Part shown: positions 11,913 to 24,189 of the stretch, piece by piece
Position numbering within the stretch: the stretch's first letter is position 1
Layout of the letters: each line of letters opens with the position of its first letter
Source: Chiloscyllium plagiosum
Taxonomy: Eukaryota
Direction: 5' to 3'
Length of the DNA stretch: 64,000 nucleotides
Assembly: GCF_004010195.1 (NCBI RefSeq)
Contig: NC_057719.1
Span: 80,823,436-80,887,435, forward strand
Translations under genes and position numbers: made by a program
The notes under the pieces: model-generated
What the model was told of the DNA's origin: nothing
The model's input: only the letters and a program-made list of their open reading frames with translations
The model's database searches: none

Positions 11913-13011
11913 TTCTCTCTCTCGGTTTAGCCTCTCGTTCTGAAACTGCAAGACTCTTCTGGAACCATCCGGTATACATGTGACAGAAGACGAATGCCTT
12001 ATTTTGTCTGGAGGTGCAAAGAAGTGTGCAGTACAGGGCCAGATGCACTCGTTGAGGACAGTGCATCACGTAGGTCGCAGTGAACAATCTGTTGCAAAGG
12101 CCTTGTGAGAAGGTAATGATGAATTCAACAGCTCTCACTATTATAGAGTCAGAGAAATGGTACCATTTCTCACATTCCTTACTGTCAGCAAATCCTCACA
12201 GGTCAGAAGTTGGCGAACATAAGTCAGTCAGCAGCATGTAATGTTTTCCATGTCAAGAGGACACCATGTTTGATCTGTTCTTTGGTAAACACATTCAACA
12301 ATGCCAGCTGCTGTGGCTGTCACCTGCAATGAAACATGGAGACTTTAATTTGGATGACAGCGGACGTGTGGAAAAATGGTTGTGTCAGCATTTTGCCTCA
12401 AGTGCTTTTGTATAAAGACGGTGACACAGCGTTCAAGACAGTTAGTTTTGATGTGGCAGGGATTAATATTAGCCAACTGAAAATGGCACGACAAAAATTA
12501 TGAATTACGAACAGCTCAAATGACAGCTGAGAGCTACAGCAGGGCTGAGGCCAGCTGGGAGAGAATCATTTCATTAAAAAAAAAGAAAGAGAGAGAAAAG
12601 TTGAAGGATTTCACTTTGTTACACCAAACCCTGGGGAGCTCATTCTAACTTGAGCACAGCCTTATATAATACTGTTAAAATGTATTTTGCATTAATATCA
12701 CAGCCTGTTATGGCAAAACTATGTCAGCAATATTGCTTATTCTGTATATTGTTCATGGGTAGGTTGGAAACTGAAACACATCTGGGATGTTCAGGTGCTG
12801 AGATGGAATGTGTTTAACATAACCTGTCCCTTTAAGGTGATGGCACAGCTATTCCCCTGAGAGGTCTGGCCAAAAGTACATCTTGTTAAGTCTAATGTAG
12901 ACTAACAAATAAGGATAGTCTCTGTTCACTTATTAGCAACCCAATTATTTATCCACCATTGTTAGCCTTTAAAAAGCTATGCTGTCCTGCTCTTGAAGAG
13001 TTTGATAGACC

Positions 13012-13690
13012 AGAGTAAAGGGAACTTTACTATGTATCTAACCCTGTGGTGTACCTTCTCTGAAAGTGTTTGATGAAGACAACGTAGAGAAAGGTTCACT
13101 CTATCTAAACCTATGCAATGCCTGACCGACGAGTGAGTGTTTAATGGGGAACAGGGGGTGGAGGAAATTACTCTGAATCATACCTTGTGCTAAATTCTGT
13201 CCCGGGAGTGTTTGATAGGGACAATGTTGAAGGGAGCTTTACCTTCAGTTTAAAAGGGGCAGCACAGTGACTCAGTGGTCCGCACTGCTGCCTCACAGCA
13301 CCAGGGACCCAGGTTCGATGCCACCCTTGGGCAACTGTCTGTGTGGAGTTTGCACATGCCCCGTCACTGCACGGGTTTCTCCGTTCAGTTCAAAGATGTG
13401 GCAGTGAGGGGGATTGGCCATGCTAAATTGGCCATAGTATCCAAGGATGTGCAGGCTAGGTGAATTAACCAGAGGGAATACAGGGTTACAGGCACAGGGT
13501 GTAGGTCTGGGTGGTATACTCTTTGGAGTCAACATATACTCGATGGGCCAAATGGCCTGCTTCCACACGGCAGGAATTCTATGATGATTAAAAAAAAAGG
13601 GTAGAGAGCTTGACTGTGTATCTAACCCCATGTTGTCCCTGCCCTGGGAGTGTTTGATGGGGACAGTATCAGGAGGGCTTCATTGGGTAC
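13012..13690 (+). repeat. ~69-bp degenerate minisatellite, about 4.5 units, split by an HE1 SINE
   Basis: 'agtgttt(g/a)at' recurs at about 13066, 13137, 13208 and 13650, with 'tatctaacc' and 'gagcttt' in register. Confidence 0.75.
13256..13583 (+). mobile_element. HE1 SINE (older)
   Basis: tRNA-like head, V core and tail. Confidence 0.85.
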
Positions 13691-14222
13691 CCAAACTATG
13701 ATGGAAATGTTCAATTCGAGATACTGTACTGCTTGCTGTTGTAATTGATGTAGTTGTGCGCAGTAGTAAAGTCATTGTTTGACAATGTGAAAAATTCCAG
13801 TGCACAAACAGAAATTATTTTCAGTTAAGGAGTCTGAAATATTCGTTCCTTTTCAGTGTACATTGGCAAATTTGCATACTTAGGAGATTTTATTGAAAAT
13901 CTAATAGGATCCAATGTATAATAACAGAAAATAAAAACTTCATTTCTACATCTCATTTAACACTCATTCAACCATGCATTCAGTGAAATAAACCTGGCAA
14001 TGGGACAGCTCTTCCAATTAAGAAAAGGGAACAACTCAATTCCTTGCTGAAATCCTGAATTGCACTGTCAACACACATTAGAATCCAGAGGTTTCAAAGA
14101 GTTTCACCTTCTGATGTCACAACAGCCACTCTACTGACTGTGGACTCAGTTGGTACATCACAGAAACTTCATGAAGGTTTCAAAAACATACAAACAGCAG
14201 CAATTCAATCTCTGCCAACAGA

Positions 14223-14520
14223 GGGCGGCACGGTGGCACAGTGGTTAGCACTGCTGCCTCACAGCGCCAGAGACCCGGGTTCAATTCCCGACTCAGGCGA
14301 CTGACTGTGTGGAGTTTGCACATTCTCCCCGTGTCTGCGTGGGTTTCCTCCGGGTGCTCCGGTTTCCTCCCACACTCCAAGTGAATTGGCCATGCTAAAT
14401 TGCCCGTAGTGTGAGGTAAAGGGGTAAATGTAGGGTAATTAGGTGGGTTGCGCTTCAGCGGGTCCGGATGGACTTGTTGGGCCGAAGGGCCTGTTTCCAC
14501 ACTGTAAGTAATCTAATCTA
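14223..14520 (+). mobile_element. HE1 SINE (young, small internal deletion)
   Basis: TGGCACAGTGG and GGGTTCAATTCCC boxes, with taatctaatcta tail. Confidence 0.95.
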
Positions 14521-15269
14521 AAAAGAGTTCTACCTTCAGTATTCTGTCCAGAGCATCTGTCTAAATGATACATTGTTAGGTACTGCTAATAGAATGTTTA
14601 AATCACGTAGTCCAACTAATATGTAGAATCGATATTCAATAAAGGAAGGAACATCAATTAATCATTGCACTTTTCCTACACCAATCGCTTTATTGCGAAA
14701 TCTCCACAGCTCAAACCTCCCCTGATAGTTCTGTTGGTTAATGCACAATTAGATGATCTTGAACAGTGCAGGTCAGGGTGGATGCTGCTGGTGCACTGGT
14801 TGGTAGAGTTTTGTTTTTAAAAATTCATTCACAGGTCAGCATTTACTGTTCTTCCTTAATTTCCTTTGAGAAAGGTGTAGATGAGCAGTCCATCGAATTA
14901 TCAACAGGACTGCTGGAGATGGCCTTACATATCTCTGAGATAAGAAAGTACAAAACAAAATCCTAGTTGCTGTCCAATTACTCCTACTCAAAAGTGTGGT
15001 TAGGATGATAGAATTTGGTTTAACAGTAGAACATGTTGCCATTAAAATTTGAGAAAATGCTAAAACTGGAACATGAGAAATAGTAGCAGCAGCAGCAAAA
15101 CCAGTCCCATCTTTAGTCAAAAGAAAGAAACAATTTCTAATTATACAGCGCATTTCACATTGTCAGGGAGTTCAAAAGTACTTGAAAGCTCCTTTTTAAC
15201 TGTAGTCTTCAGTACCTTTTACATCAGCAGCCAACAGCAAGGTCCCACGTACAACAGGAGGTTACATTC

Positions 15270-15535
15270 TTTTTGAGCGAGGGATAAATCTTAGCCACGA
15301 CTCTAGGAAGAATTCACCTGCTGCTCTACAAAATGGGATCCTTTACATCCAAATGGATGGCAGCCAGAACCACAATTTAACGCCTTATCGGAAAAGCAGA
15401 ACCTCAGGTATTGCAACACTTCCTGAATACTGTATTGGTATGAACAACCTGAATTACACACTGAAATCTCTGAAGTGGAAAATTGACACTCAAACTTTTG
15501 AATCAGAGGTAAAATTGCTACAATGGGCCATTGAC
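15270..15535 (-). mobile_element. Decayed Deu-domain SINE (SacSINE1-like)
   Basis: 'tttaacgccttatcggaaaagcagaacctc' is the reverse of the Deu core GAGGTGC..TTTC.GATGAGACGTTAAAC. Related pieces lie at about 19010-19140, 21500-21720, 23500-24080 and 37700-38000. Confidence 0.5.
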
Positions 15536-16239
15536 ATATTTCATGGACTAATTTGTGAACTGGTGTTCAGTTACACTAATGCATTTGGTGATGGCTCAGG
15601 ATATTGGGGAAATCTTTTGTTGGATGCAATTAATAGATTAGAATACCCACATTGCCACAATATTATAGAATAGCTTATCTTGAGAGGTAAGGATGCAGGT
15701 CACTGGACAGTCAAACGAGAAATTTAATGGAATATTGTTGTGTACATTTTGCCTGCTATTTCCCTTGAAAGGCATCCAAACTGAGGTTACTTGTCAACAT
15801 CATTTTTAAAGGTTATGCACGATAATTAAAATTCAGCTCAAGTAGTCGCCTGAAGCCAAGCCACAGATGTGGGTGACTTAAAATATGTGAGGAAAAGATG
15901 ACAAAAAACATTGTTTATTTTTTGCACAGATATGACCTTAACCTGACTATGCTGCAGTAGTGGAAGTAAAGACTGAACACCCTGTGACTGAGATTCATCT
16001 CCTCGATCCTCAGAACTACTCCAGCATCTTCAAGGTTCAAGTCAGGACTGTGATGAAATAATCATCCTTCACAGGGATGGTGCAGCCACAATCATGGTCT
16101 AAAGAAGTTTAGTACCATCCAGGATGTCTCAAGTTCATTTCATCCATTGCCCAGCCACTGGACGCACAACCTACTCCCTCCATCACCAGTGCAGTGTGGC
16201 AGCAGCCTGCATTGTTATACCAGGAACGAGAGTATAATA

Positions 16240-16680
16240 CAATTATTGCTTCAACTCCATACTTCTGCCCATACTCCATTCCCTTGATTCCCCGAGAAAT
16301 CAAAAATCTCTCTGTCTGAGCCAGAGGTTGAGAATTCCAAAGCTCTACAACACTTCAAGTGAAGACAATGTCTCCTCACCTCATTTCTAAATCGTTCAGC
16401 CCTGATCCCAAGACAGTGCCTCTGTGTTTTTGTTTCCACTGCTCAGAGAATCTATCGCCCAGCAACAATCCCCTTCAGAATCTTGGATGTTTCAATGAAA
16501 TAATCTCATTCTTTAACCTCCAGGGACCACAGACCCAATTTGCTCATTGGAAAGCCCTTCATGCCATAGATCACCATATCTCTTCCAGTGCAAGCATATC
16601 TTTTTGCAAATGTGGACACCAAAACTTCACACTGTACTCTAGATGTTGTCCCACCAAAACTCTGTATCCTAATTAGGAAT
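16240..16680 (-). mobile_element. Old CR1 3' fragment
   Basis: Degenerate 'H.L.IR...FR.EVRR' segment typical of the CR1 ORF2 end. Confidence 0.6.
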
Positions 16681-17036
16681 GCATTACACTAACTCAGTAT
16701 AGATATTTTGACTGTATCTCTGGACCTTGCTTTCATGCATGCTTGAGATACGAGGCTCACCAAAAGTGCAAGCACTTCTTGCCCATTTCCCAGTTGCCCT
16801 GGTGGAACTGGTGTCAAGCTGCCTCCTTGAATACAATGGAGCAAACTTTGCAAGGCTTTTTCACAGGCTGTTAAGAACTGGGGTGGCACAGTGGTTCAAT
16901 GGTCAGCACTGCTGCCTCAACAGCGCCAGGGACCTGGGTTCGATTGCACCCTCTGGTGACTGTCTGCGTGGAGTTTGCACGTTCTCCTTGTGTCTACATG
17001 GATTTCCTCCAGGTGGTCTGGTTTCCTCCTACAGCG

Positions 17037-17450
17037 AGGAGGAAGTGAGGACTGCAGATGCTGGAGATCAGAGCTGAAAATGTGTTGCTGGAAAAGCGCA
17101 GCAGGTCAGGCAGCATCCAAGGAACAGGAGAATCGACGTTTCGGGCATAAGCCTTTCTTCAGGAATGAGGAAAGTGTGTCCAGCAGGCTAAGATAAAAGG
17201 TAGGGAGGAGAAATCCATCGAACTCAGCACCGCCTTCCTAACCTGCAATCTTCTTCCTGACCTCTCCGCCCCCACCCCACTCCGGCCTATCACCCTCACC
17301 TTGACCTCCCTCCACCTATCGCAATTCCGACACCCCTCCCCCAAGTCCCTCCTCCCTACCTTTTATCTTAGCCTGCTGGACACACTTTCCTCATTCCTGA
17401 AGAAGGGCTTATGCCCGAAACGTCGATTCTCCTGTTCCTTGGATGCTGCC
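17037..17450. mobile_element. PLE inverted terminal-repeat element with perfect 15-bp TSD
   Basis: TTTCCTCCTACAGCG at 17022-17036 and 17451-17465. Inverted arms about 17109-17210 and 17349-17450. Confidence 0.9.
17393..17428 (+). ncRNA. Minimal type I hammerhead (mirror copy on - strand at 17131-17166)
   Basis: ATTC | CTGAAGA | A | GGGC-ttat-GCCC | GAAA | CGTC | GATT. Stem I is weak (3 of 4 bp). Confidence 0.7.
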
Positions 17451-17804
17451 TTTCCTCCTACAGCGCCAAAGATGTGCAGATTAGTCTGGATTGGCCATGA
17501 GAAATGCAGGGATACAGGGTGTGGGTGGGCAGGTCGATATGGACTCAATGGACTGAATGGCCCACTGCCATACTGTAGGGATTCTATATCCAGCAGTTGG
17601 GGCTGGAATTATGAATAGTCAGACAGGGGAAAGATTCTGGATTTTCTTGACCAGAAGAAATCAATGAACAAGTGGGTTTTTGCAACAGTCTACTTCAGGG
17701 TAATTTTAATTGACATTGGTTTTCATCCTTGTTTCATAAATTGAATTTAAAATTTCCCCAGATACCTTGATGGGAATTGAATTTGTGTCTTCGGATCATT
17801 GATT

Positions 17805-18290
17805 CAACACGTCCATGCCAACCAGATATCCTAAATTAATCTAGTCCCATTTGCCAGCATTTGGCCCATATCCCTCTCAACCCTTCCTATTCATATACCC
17901 ATCCAGAAGCCTTTTAAATGTTCTAATTGTACCAGGCTCCACCACTTTCTCTGGCAACTCATTCCATACACACACAACTCTCAGTGTGAAAAATTTGCCC
18001 TTTAGATCCATTTTAAATCTTTCGCCCCTCACTCTAAACCCATACCGCCTGGTTTAGGACCCACCCTCCAACCCAACGGAAAAGGCCTTGTCTGTTCACC
18101 CTATCCATGCCCCTCATGGTTTGATACACCTCTATAAAGGTCACCCCTCAGCCTCTGATGCTCCAGGGAAAACAGCTCCAGTCTAATCAGCCTCTCCCTA
18201 TAGGTCAAACCCTCCAATTCTGGCAACATCCTTGTAAATCTTGCCTGAACCCTTTCAAGTTTCACAACATCCTTCCTGCAGCAGGGAAGA
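17805..18290 (-). mobile_element. HER1/CR1 3' fragment
   Basis: RKDVVKLERVQARFTRMLPELEGLTYRERL...LRGDL. Confidence 0.9.
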
Positions 18291-19850
18291 AAAATCCAGC
18301 TTTTTACCAAACAGAACTGGTGCTGAGCTTAAATTTCCCCAGGATCCCAGATCCCGCTACCTTGGTTTTCTTTTGCAGATGAGCTGGTGTCCCACTTTTT
18401 TGGCCACACTACGCTTCAGGATCTGATCCCAGACTTGACCCTCAGCTCATCAGCCAACCTGTTGCCAACAACTGCTCACCTTGCCGCTAGATCAATCTCT
18501 TCTCCCAAGACAACATCCCATTGGGCATCACAAGGCTACATTCCCGCATCTAACCAGTGACGTAATTCCAGGGGTCTTGCTGCTTTGAACAGAACCCTAC
18601 TGCCACGCACTATGTTCTAACCTCATTTCAAGCAGTTCTTCCTCACTGATAAGTGACTGACCTGTGACTGCTGTTCACTGACCTCTGACCTGGATGACTT
18701 ATTAAAAGTCTTGCCTGACTCCTGGTCCAAGACAGCATCAAATGTACCCTGCCCCAGAACATCTTGTACTGTAATGTTCCTACCCTGGCGAGCAGACAGC
18801 ATGCACAGCACAAATGTGCACAGAAATTATTTCATAAACTTTCTTAAAATATGCCCCTTGATCATGTTTTTGGTAACCTGACAGAATACTTTTGTTGTTC
18901 AAAAGCTTTAAAAAGCTACTGGGAATCACTTGGGAGCTATGGTTTATCTAAAAGCAATGGGTAAATATAACTTGTGGTTGTTGGACTTGTCCAGCGGCTG
19001 GAGCAGATATGGCCTCAGTTTAACAACCCATCTGAAAGACAAGAAAATCTGATCCTCCTGACAGCGCGATGCTCCCTCGGCACTGACCCGCCGACAGTGT
19101 GACGCACACCCGTCAACAGCACAGCACTCCTTCAGTGGGACATCACCACCTTCAGGAACCACACAATGAGAAAGCCATGCAATTCATGTATCATTTAATT
19201 CAAAACTCTCAGCGTTGCTCAGATTGCTTCCCATTTCTCAGTGACAGGCCAACTCTTGGCAAAATCTGAAGGTAGGGCATTACTTTTCACGTGCAGACTG
19301 CTGCTTCAATCTCTACATTACCATTACCTCTCTTATCTACTCCACTGTTATCAAAATTGCTTATCCAATCCAGCGCTGGATGGGCAGAAACGTCTTCCCA
19401 TTGCATACTGGGAAGACTGAAGTCACCTCTCCAATTTCTGCTCCCACGGTATTGGCTCCATCCCACTGCCTAATAAAAGCCTGAGATTAAGGCATCCGCT
19501 TCACAACTTTAGTGTCATACTTGACCCGAAAATGAGCCTTCAACTTCATATTCATGCCATCACTATAAATATCTACTTCCAACTCCATTAAACAGCTTGG
19601 CTTTGGCCCCATGTCAGCTCATCTGCTGCTAATGCTTTCATTTATGCCTTTATTACCTCTAGACTCCTCTACGTGAATGCACTCCTGGCTGGTGACTAAC
19701 CTAAAGTGGAGGTCATTATAAACACTATGACCAGTGGTTTAACGCCCAGAAAGTCCCTCAAATTCTCTTCCCATATCTCTTTTCCTCTCTGCCTTGTTTT
19801 CTTGGTTTAATACACTTCAATAAATCTACCCCTGTGACCAACTTTTGGTC

Positions 19851-20490
19851 GAGAAAGTGAGGTCTGCAGATACTGGAGATCAGAGCTGAAAATGTGTTGT
19901 TGGAAAGGCGCAGCAGGTCAGGCTGCATCCAGGGAACAGGAGAATCGACGTTTCGGGCACAAGCCCTTCTTCAGGAATGATGAAAGTGTGTCCAGCAGGC
20001 TAAGATAAAAGGTAGGGAGGAGGGACTTGGGGGAGGGGCGTCTGAAATGCGATAGGTGGAAAGAGGTCAAGGTGAGGGTGATAGGTCAGACTGGGTTGGG
20101 GGCGGAGAGGTCAGGAAGAAGATTGCAGGTTAGGAAGGTCACTGCACCCCCCAGGTCATCTCCTCTGCATTCACCAGTTTCCTCATTTCCCCTCCCCCAA
20201 CCTTGTCTCAGTCAAATCCATCGAACTCAGCACCGCCTTCCTAACCTGCAATCTTCTTCCTGACCTCTCCGCCCCCAACCCAGTCTGACCTATCACCCTC
20301 ACCTTGACCTCTTTCCACCTATCGCATTTCAGACGCCCCTCCCCCAAGTCCCTCCTCCCTACCTTTTATCTTAGCCTGCTGGACACACTTTCCTCATTCC
20401 TGAAGAAGGAGCTTATGCCCGAAACGTCGATTCTCCTGTTCCCTGGATGCTGCCTGACCTGCTGCGCCTTTCCAGCAACACATTTTCAGC
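19851..20490. mobile_element. PLE inverted terminal-repeat element, ~255-bp arms, perfect 14-bp TSD
   Basis: ACCAACTTTTGGTC at 19837-19850 and 20491-20504. Arms about 19884-20138 and 20236-20490, with a ~33-bp tail at 19851-19883. Confidence 0.9.
19943..19978 (-). ncRNA. Minimal type I hammerhead (mirror copy on + strand at 20396-20432 has a 1-nt stem II insertion)
   Basis: Minus strand: ATTC CTGAAGA A GGGC-ttgt-GCCC GAAA CGTC GATT. Confidence 0.7.
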
Positions 20491-20824
20491 ACCAACTTTT
20501 GGTCACCTCACCTCATCTCCATTAGTAGCTGAGTGTCATACTTGACCTTATAATGCTCCTTAGAAGTTACTTGGGGTGTTTTATGTTAAAGATGCTATAT
20601 AAATGTTGGTCATTGCTGTTCTCTGTAAGATTATGTATAGTGATGCCTGTTTGTGGACGAACACCACCATTGTGTGAAACAAAATACTTCTACAAATACC
20701 AGTGAGATTAAAAAAAAATCATAGAATCATGGAACCCCTACAGTGTGGGAAGCAGATCATTTGGCCCATCGAGCCCACAACGCCCCTCCGAGGTGCATCC
20801 CATCCAGACCCACCCCATCTCTAT

Positions 20825-21195
20825 AAGATAAAAACAAGGACTGCGGATGCTGGAAACCAGAGTCTAGATTAGAGTGGTGCTGGAAAAGCACAGGTCAGGC
20901 AGCATCCGAGGAGCAGGAAAATCGACGTTTCGGGCAAAAGCCCTTCATCAGGAATAGAGGCAGGGTGCCTGCAGGGTGGAGAGATAAATGAGAGGGGGGT
21001 GGGGGTGGGGAGAAAGTAGCATAGAGTACAATAGGTGAATAGGGGTGGGGATGAAGTTGATAGGTCAGAGAGGAGGGTGGAGTGGATAGGTGGAAAGGAA
21101 GATAGGCAGATAGGACAGGTCATGGGGACGGTGCTGAGCTAGCAGGTTGGAGCTGGGGTGAGGTGGGGGGAGGGGAAATGAGGAAACTGGTGAAA
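20825..21195 (-). mobile_element. PLE terminal repeat, single orientation
   Basis: Same family as 46377-46580, extended by a purine-rich (+ strand) UTR. Confidence 0.85.
20920..20955 (-). ncRNA. Minimal type I hammerhead, intact core
   Basis: Minus strand: ATTC CTGATGA A GGGC-tttt-GCCC GAAA CGTC GATT. Confidence 0.7.
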
Positions 21196-21857
21196 ACCCT
21201 ACATGGCTAATCCACCTAGCCTGCACACTATGGACAATTTAGCATGGTCAATTCACCTGACCTGCACATCTTTGGACTGTGGGAGGAAACCAGAGCACCC
21301 GGAGGAAACCCACGCAGACACAGGGAGAATGTGCAAACTGCACACAAACAGATAGTTGCCGGAGAGTGGAATCAAACCCGGGTCCCTGGTGCTGTGAGGC
21401 AGCATTGCTAACCACTGAGTCACCGTGCTCCCCAAGAGTCTGGTTTGGCAATGGAAGACTGTTCACTAAGACAGCATGAGAACAAGATGTTTTTTTAAAC
21501 CATAGCGTATAATAGCTTTTACATCTATTCGAAACACCATACAGGTTTTGTTTTAAACTATCATCCAAAATACAGCACCCAAGACAATGCAGCACTGCCT
21601 CAATACTGCACTTTGCTGATACAAATTACACACACAGTCCTGAAGGGGAAAGTGAAGCAGCAATCTTCTAGTTTACAAGCACAAGGGATACCAACTAAAT
21701 CAGAATGACATGAGCTGAGTATAATCCACCTTCCAACTCATACACAACCTCTAAACTAGTTTGTGGCAATGCTTGAGCCAATGTTCAACTGCGCTTTGAT
21801 TTTGGGGAGTCAGTCAGATTGGACACTTGTATCCAGCTTAATGAAACTGCTGACTAT

Positions 21858-21943
21858 CACCTGATGAAGGAACGTCACTCCAAAAGCTAGTGTGCTTCCA
21901 ATTAAACCTGTTGGACTATAACCTGGTGTTGTGTGATTTTTAA
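21858..21943 (+). mobile_element. PLE piece (AGCU family) starting at a mutated hammerhead
   Basis: CAC CTGATGA AGGAACGTCACTCC AAAA GCTA GTG, homologous to 59827-59913. Confidence 0.8.
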
Positions 21944-23573
21944 CCTCATGATAATTGCACTCATACTTACACAAACCTAGTCAGAGGACTTAAGCCCAAT
22001 GACTCCTCTTCCCTTGTCTCATTGTTACCTCTGAAGTGCACCCTCATCACAAATTCAATTGCATTCTTCAGACATAATAAAGCATGAGTTTGCAGCTCTA
22101 GCAACCCATAGAATTATACACACAGAAACACACACACTTCAGTCTAAACTGTCCGATATCTAGTGCTATTTGCCAACAATTGGCCCATAGCCCTCTAACC
22201 TTTCCTTTGCACGTACCCATCCAGATGTCTTTTAAATTTTGTACAGACTTGCAGTTACGCAGCACGGAAACTCATTTGATGCAAATCAAGTTTATGACTC
22301 TATGCCCTTTCTATCACCAAGTTTCAATGCATTCACCCCCACCCATCCCCACACCATTCCCCCACTAAACCACCCTCTACCTCAGCACACATGCTTTTGT
22401 CACCTCCTGACCTGTCTACACCATTGCTCTGCTCGCCAGCCTGCACTCTCTATAAACGTTGACCATACTGTGCCATGTCCTGCTCACTGACTACACCCAG
22501 CGATAGTGGTTTCTGATGAGAATCTGCTGAATTGCTGGCACCCACTCTGTACGAGTGGTCAAAGAATGAAATGTTGCCCTATTGCTTGTGTGTGCAATCA
22601 ATGCTGTCCCAATTTAATATCAAACAGCCTTCACTGCTGATGGGTTTACAAGGTGGCACAGTGATGGCATGAAAGCTGCAAGACATGAGCAGGGTGGATG
22701 TGATGCACTCCTATTCTGACACTGACATGTTCTGACGGAATCTTGATGAATAGTCAGTGACCTAAAATGTTAATTTTGCTTCACCTCCACACATCCTGTC
22801 AACCCTGCCAGTGACTCCCGTCATTATAGGTGCGCGGGGTGGTGGGGGTAGTATTGCTTTACAAAGAAAATATGGAAGAATCCATTACGTGTGTTCAGAC
22901 TACAAACTGACTGCAAGACACTGAAATCAATAAGAACGAACTTGCCCACAATTTGAACTGACTGCTTTGCTTCTCCGCTGATAGCTTCATCCCAATTAAA
23001 ACCAGTCATTCAGAAACAAAAATGACAGCAGCTCAGGATGGGGGCAATTTTGAGATCATACTGTGTTGTAAAATGGGTGGTAGTAAATTGGCAGCGCTGA
23101 CTTTAATGGAAATAAAAATCAGGAGAGATGGACAGTGGGCTGCTGAGTTGTTGCTACCTGTCACATACAATCAAAATTGCTCCCTAATAGGTTTAACCAT
23201 TAGGTTGAGTTCTATTGCCTGCTTTTCTCCCTGAATGTTACAGCTTAAATGATGTCACCAAATATTTGTGTCTGTTTGCCTCCTCACAGTTTAAGCCACA
23301 ATGGTATTGCACAAAATTAATCTGTTTGCCTTTGGTTATGTTAATCCTTCCCAGCATTACTGTTGCCTGTTGACTGTCCACAAGGGTGAGATATTTCGGC
23401 CTATTTGAGGCCCAGACTCAGTTTCCCATGATTGCTCTGGCCTCCTAACCTTCTTGACTCCCAGCTGCATCAGCCATCAAAATCAATCCCTACCTCAGAG
23501 GCAGAAGATTCTGGCTTCAGGGCTAACTGCAGGCATTAGAGTTTAATCTGGATGACATCACAAGAGCAGTAAA

Positions 23574-23880
23574 GAATAGATTCCCTACAGTGTGGAAACA
23601 GGCCCAACCAGTCCACACTGACCCTCCGAAGAGTAACCCACCTAGACCTATTTCCCTCTGACTAATGCACCTAACACTACGGGCAATTTAGCATGGCCAA
23701 TTCACCCTGACCCACACATCTTTGGACTGTGGGAGGATACCGGAGCACCCGGAGGAAACCCACGCAGACACGGGGAGAACGTGCAAACTCCACACAGTCA
23801 GTCACCCGAGGCTGGAATCGAACCTGGGACCCTGGTGCTGTGAGACAACAGTGCTAACCACTGAGCCACCGTGCTGCCAC
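23574..23880 (-). mobile_element. HE1 SINE inserted in an older Deu-type SINE
   Basis: Full HE1 homology; flanks resemble 37700-38000. Confidence 0.9.
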
Positions 23881-24189
23881 AAAGTGCTCCAGTATTGGAG
23901 GTGTCAATCTTTGTATGAAACCCTCAGGTAAATGTAAACATATTGCCCGTTCATTATCTCGTGCAAACTTGCTGTCACATTAGGGAAGAGTACACTTCAA
24001 AATGATTTCATTGACGGTGAAGCATTTTAAGACACCCATAGGTTGAGTGCATTACAGGGCTGTATAAATTAAAGTTTTTTCCTCTCTAGTTCTCTTCAAC
24101 CTCACCATGTGTTTTGGCCACTTTATCTAACGTGCCATCTGAATGAACCGTAATGGATATTGAAAAAGTAAACACACCTACGTGGAAAA

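Larger units (their letters stand above)
16880..17587 (+). mobile_element. HE1 SINE split by a PLE insertion
   Basis: Head at 16880-17036; it resumes at 17451 with 'ccaaagatgtgcag'. Confidence 0.85.
19480..20610 (+). mobile_element. Old L2 LINE 3' region, interrupted by a PLE
   Basis: 'AFIYAFITSRL..VNALLAG' L2-type motif, with 3' end 'gttaaagatgctatataaatg'. Confidence 0.6.
20719..21432 (-). mobile_element. HE1 SINE split by a PLE piece
   Basis: Tail at 20719-20820, body at 21197-21432. Confidence 0.85.

Noticed and set aside
13012..13690. CRISPR-like regular repeats
   Set aside because: The whole unit repeats with no unique spacers, the context is vertebrate and no cas genes are present.
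14223..14300. tRNA-like A and B boxes
   Set aside because: They are SINE heads that continue into the V core and LINE-like tail, so they are not tRNA genes.
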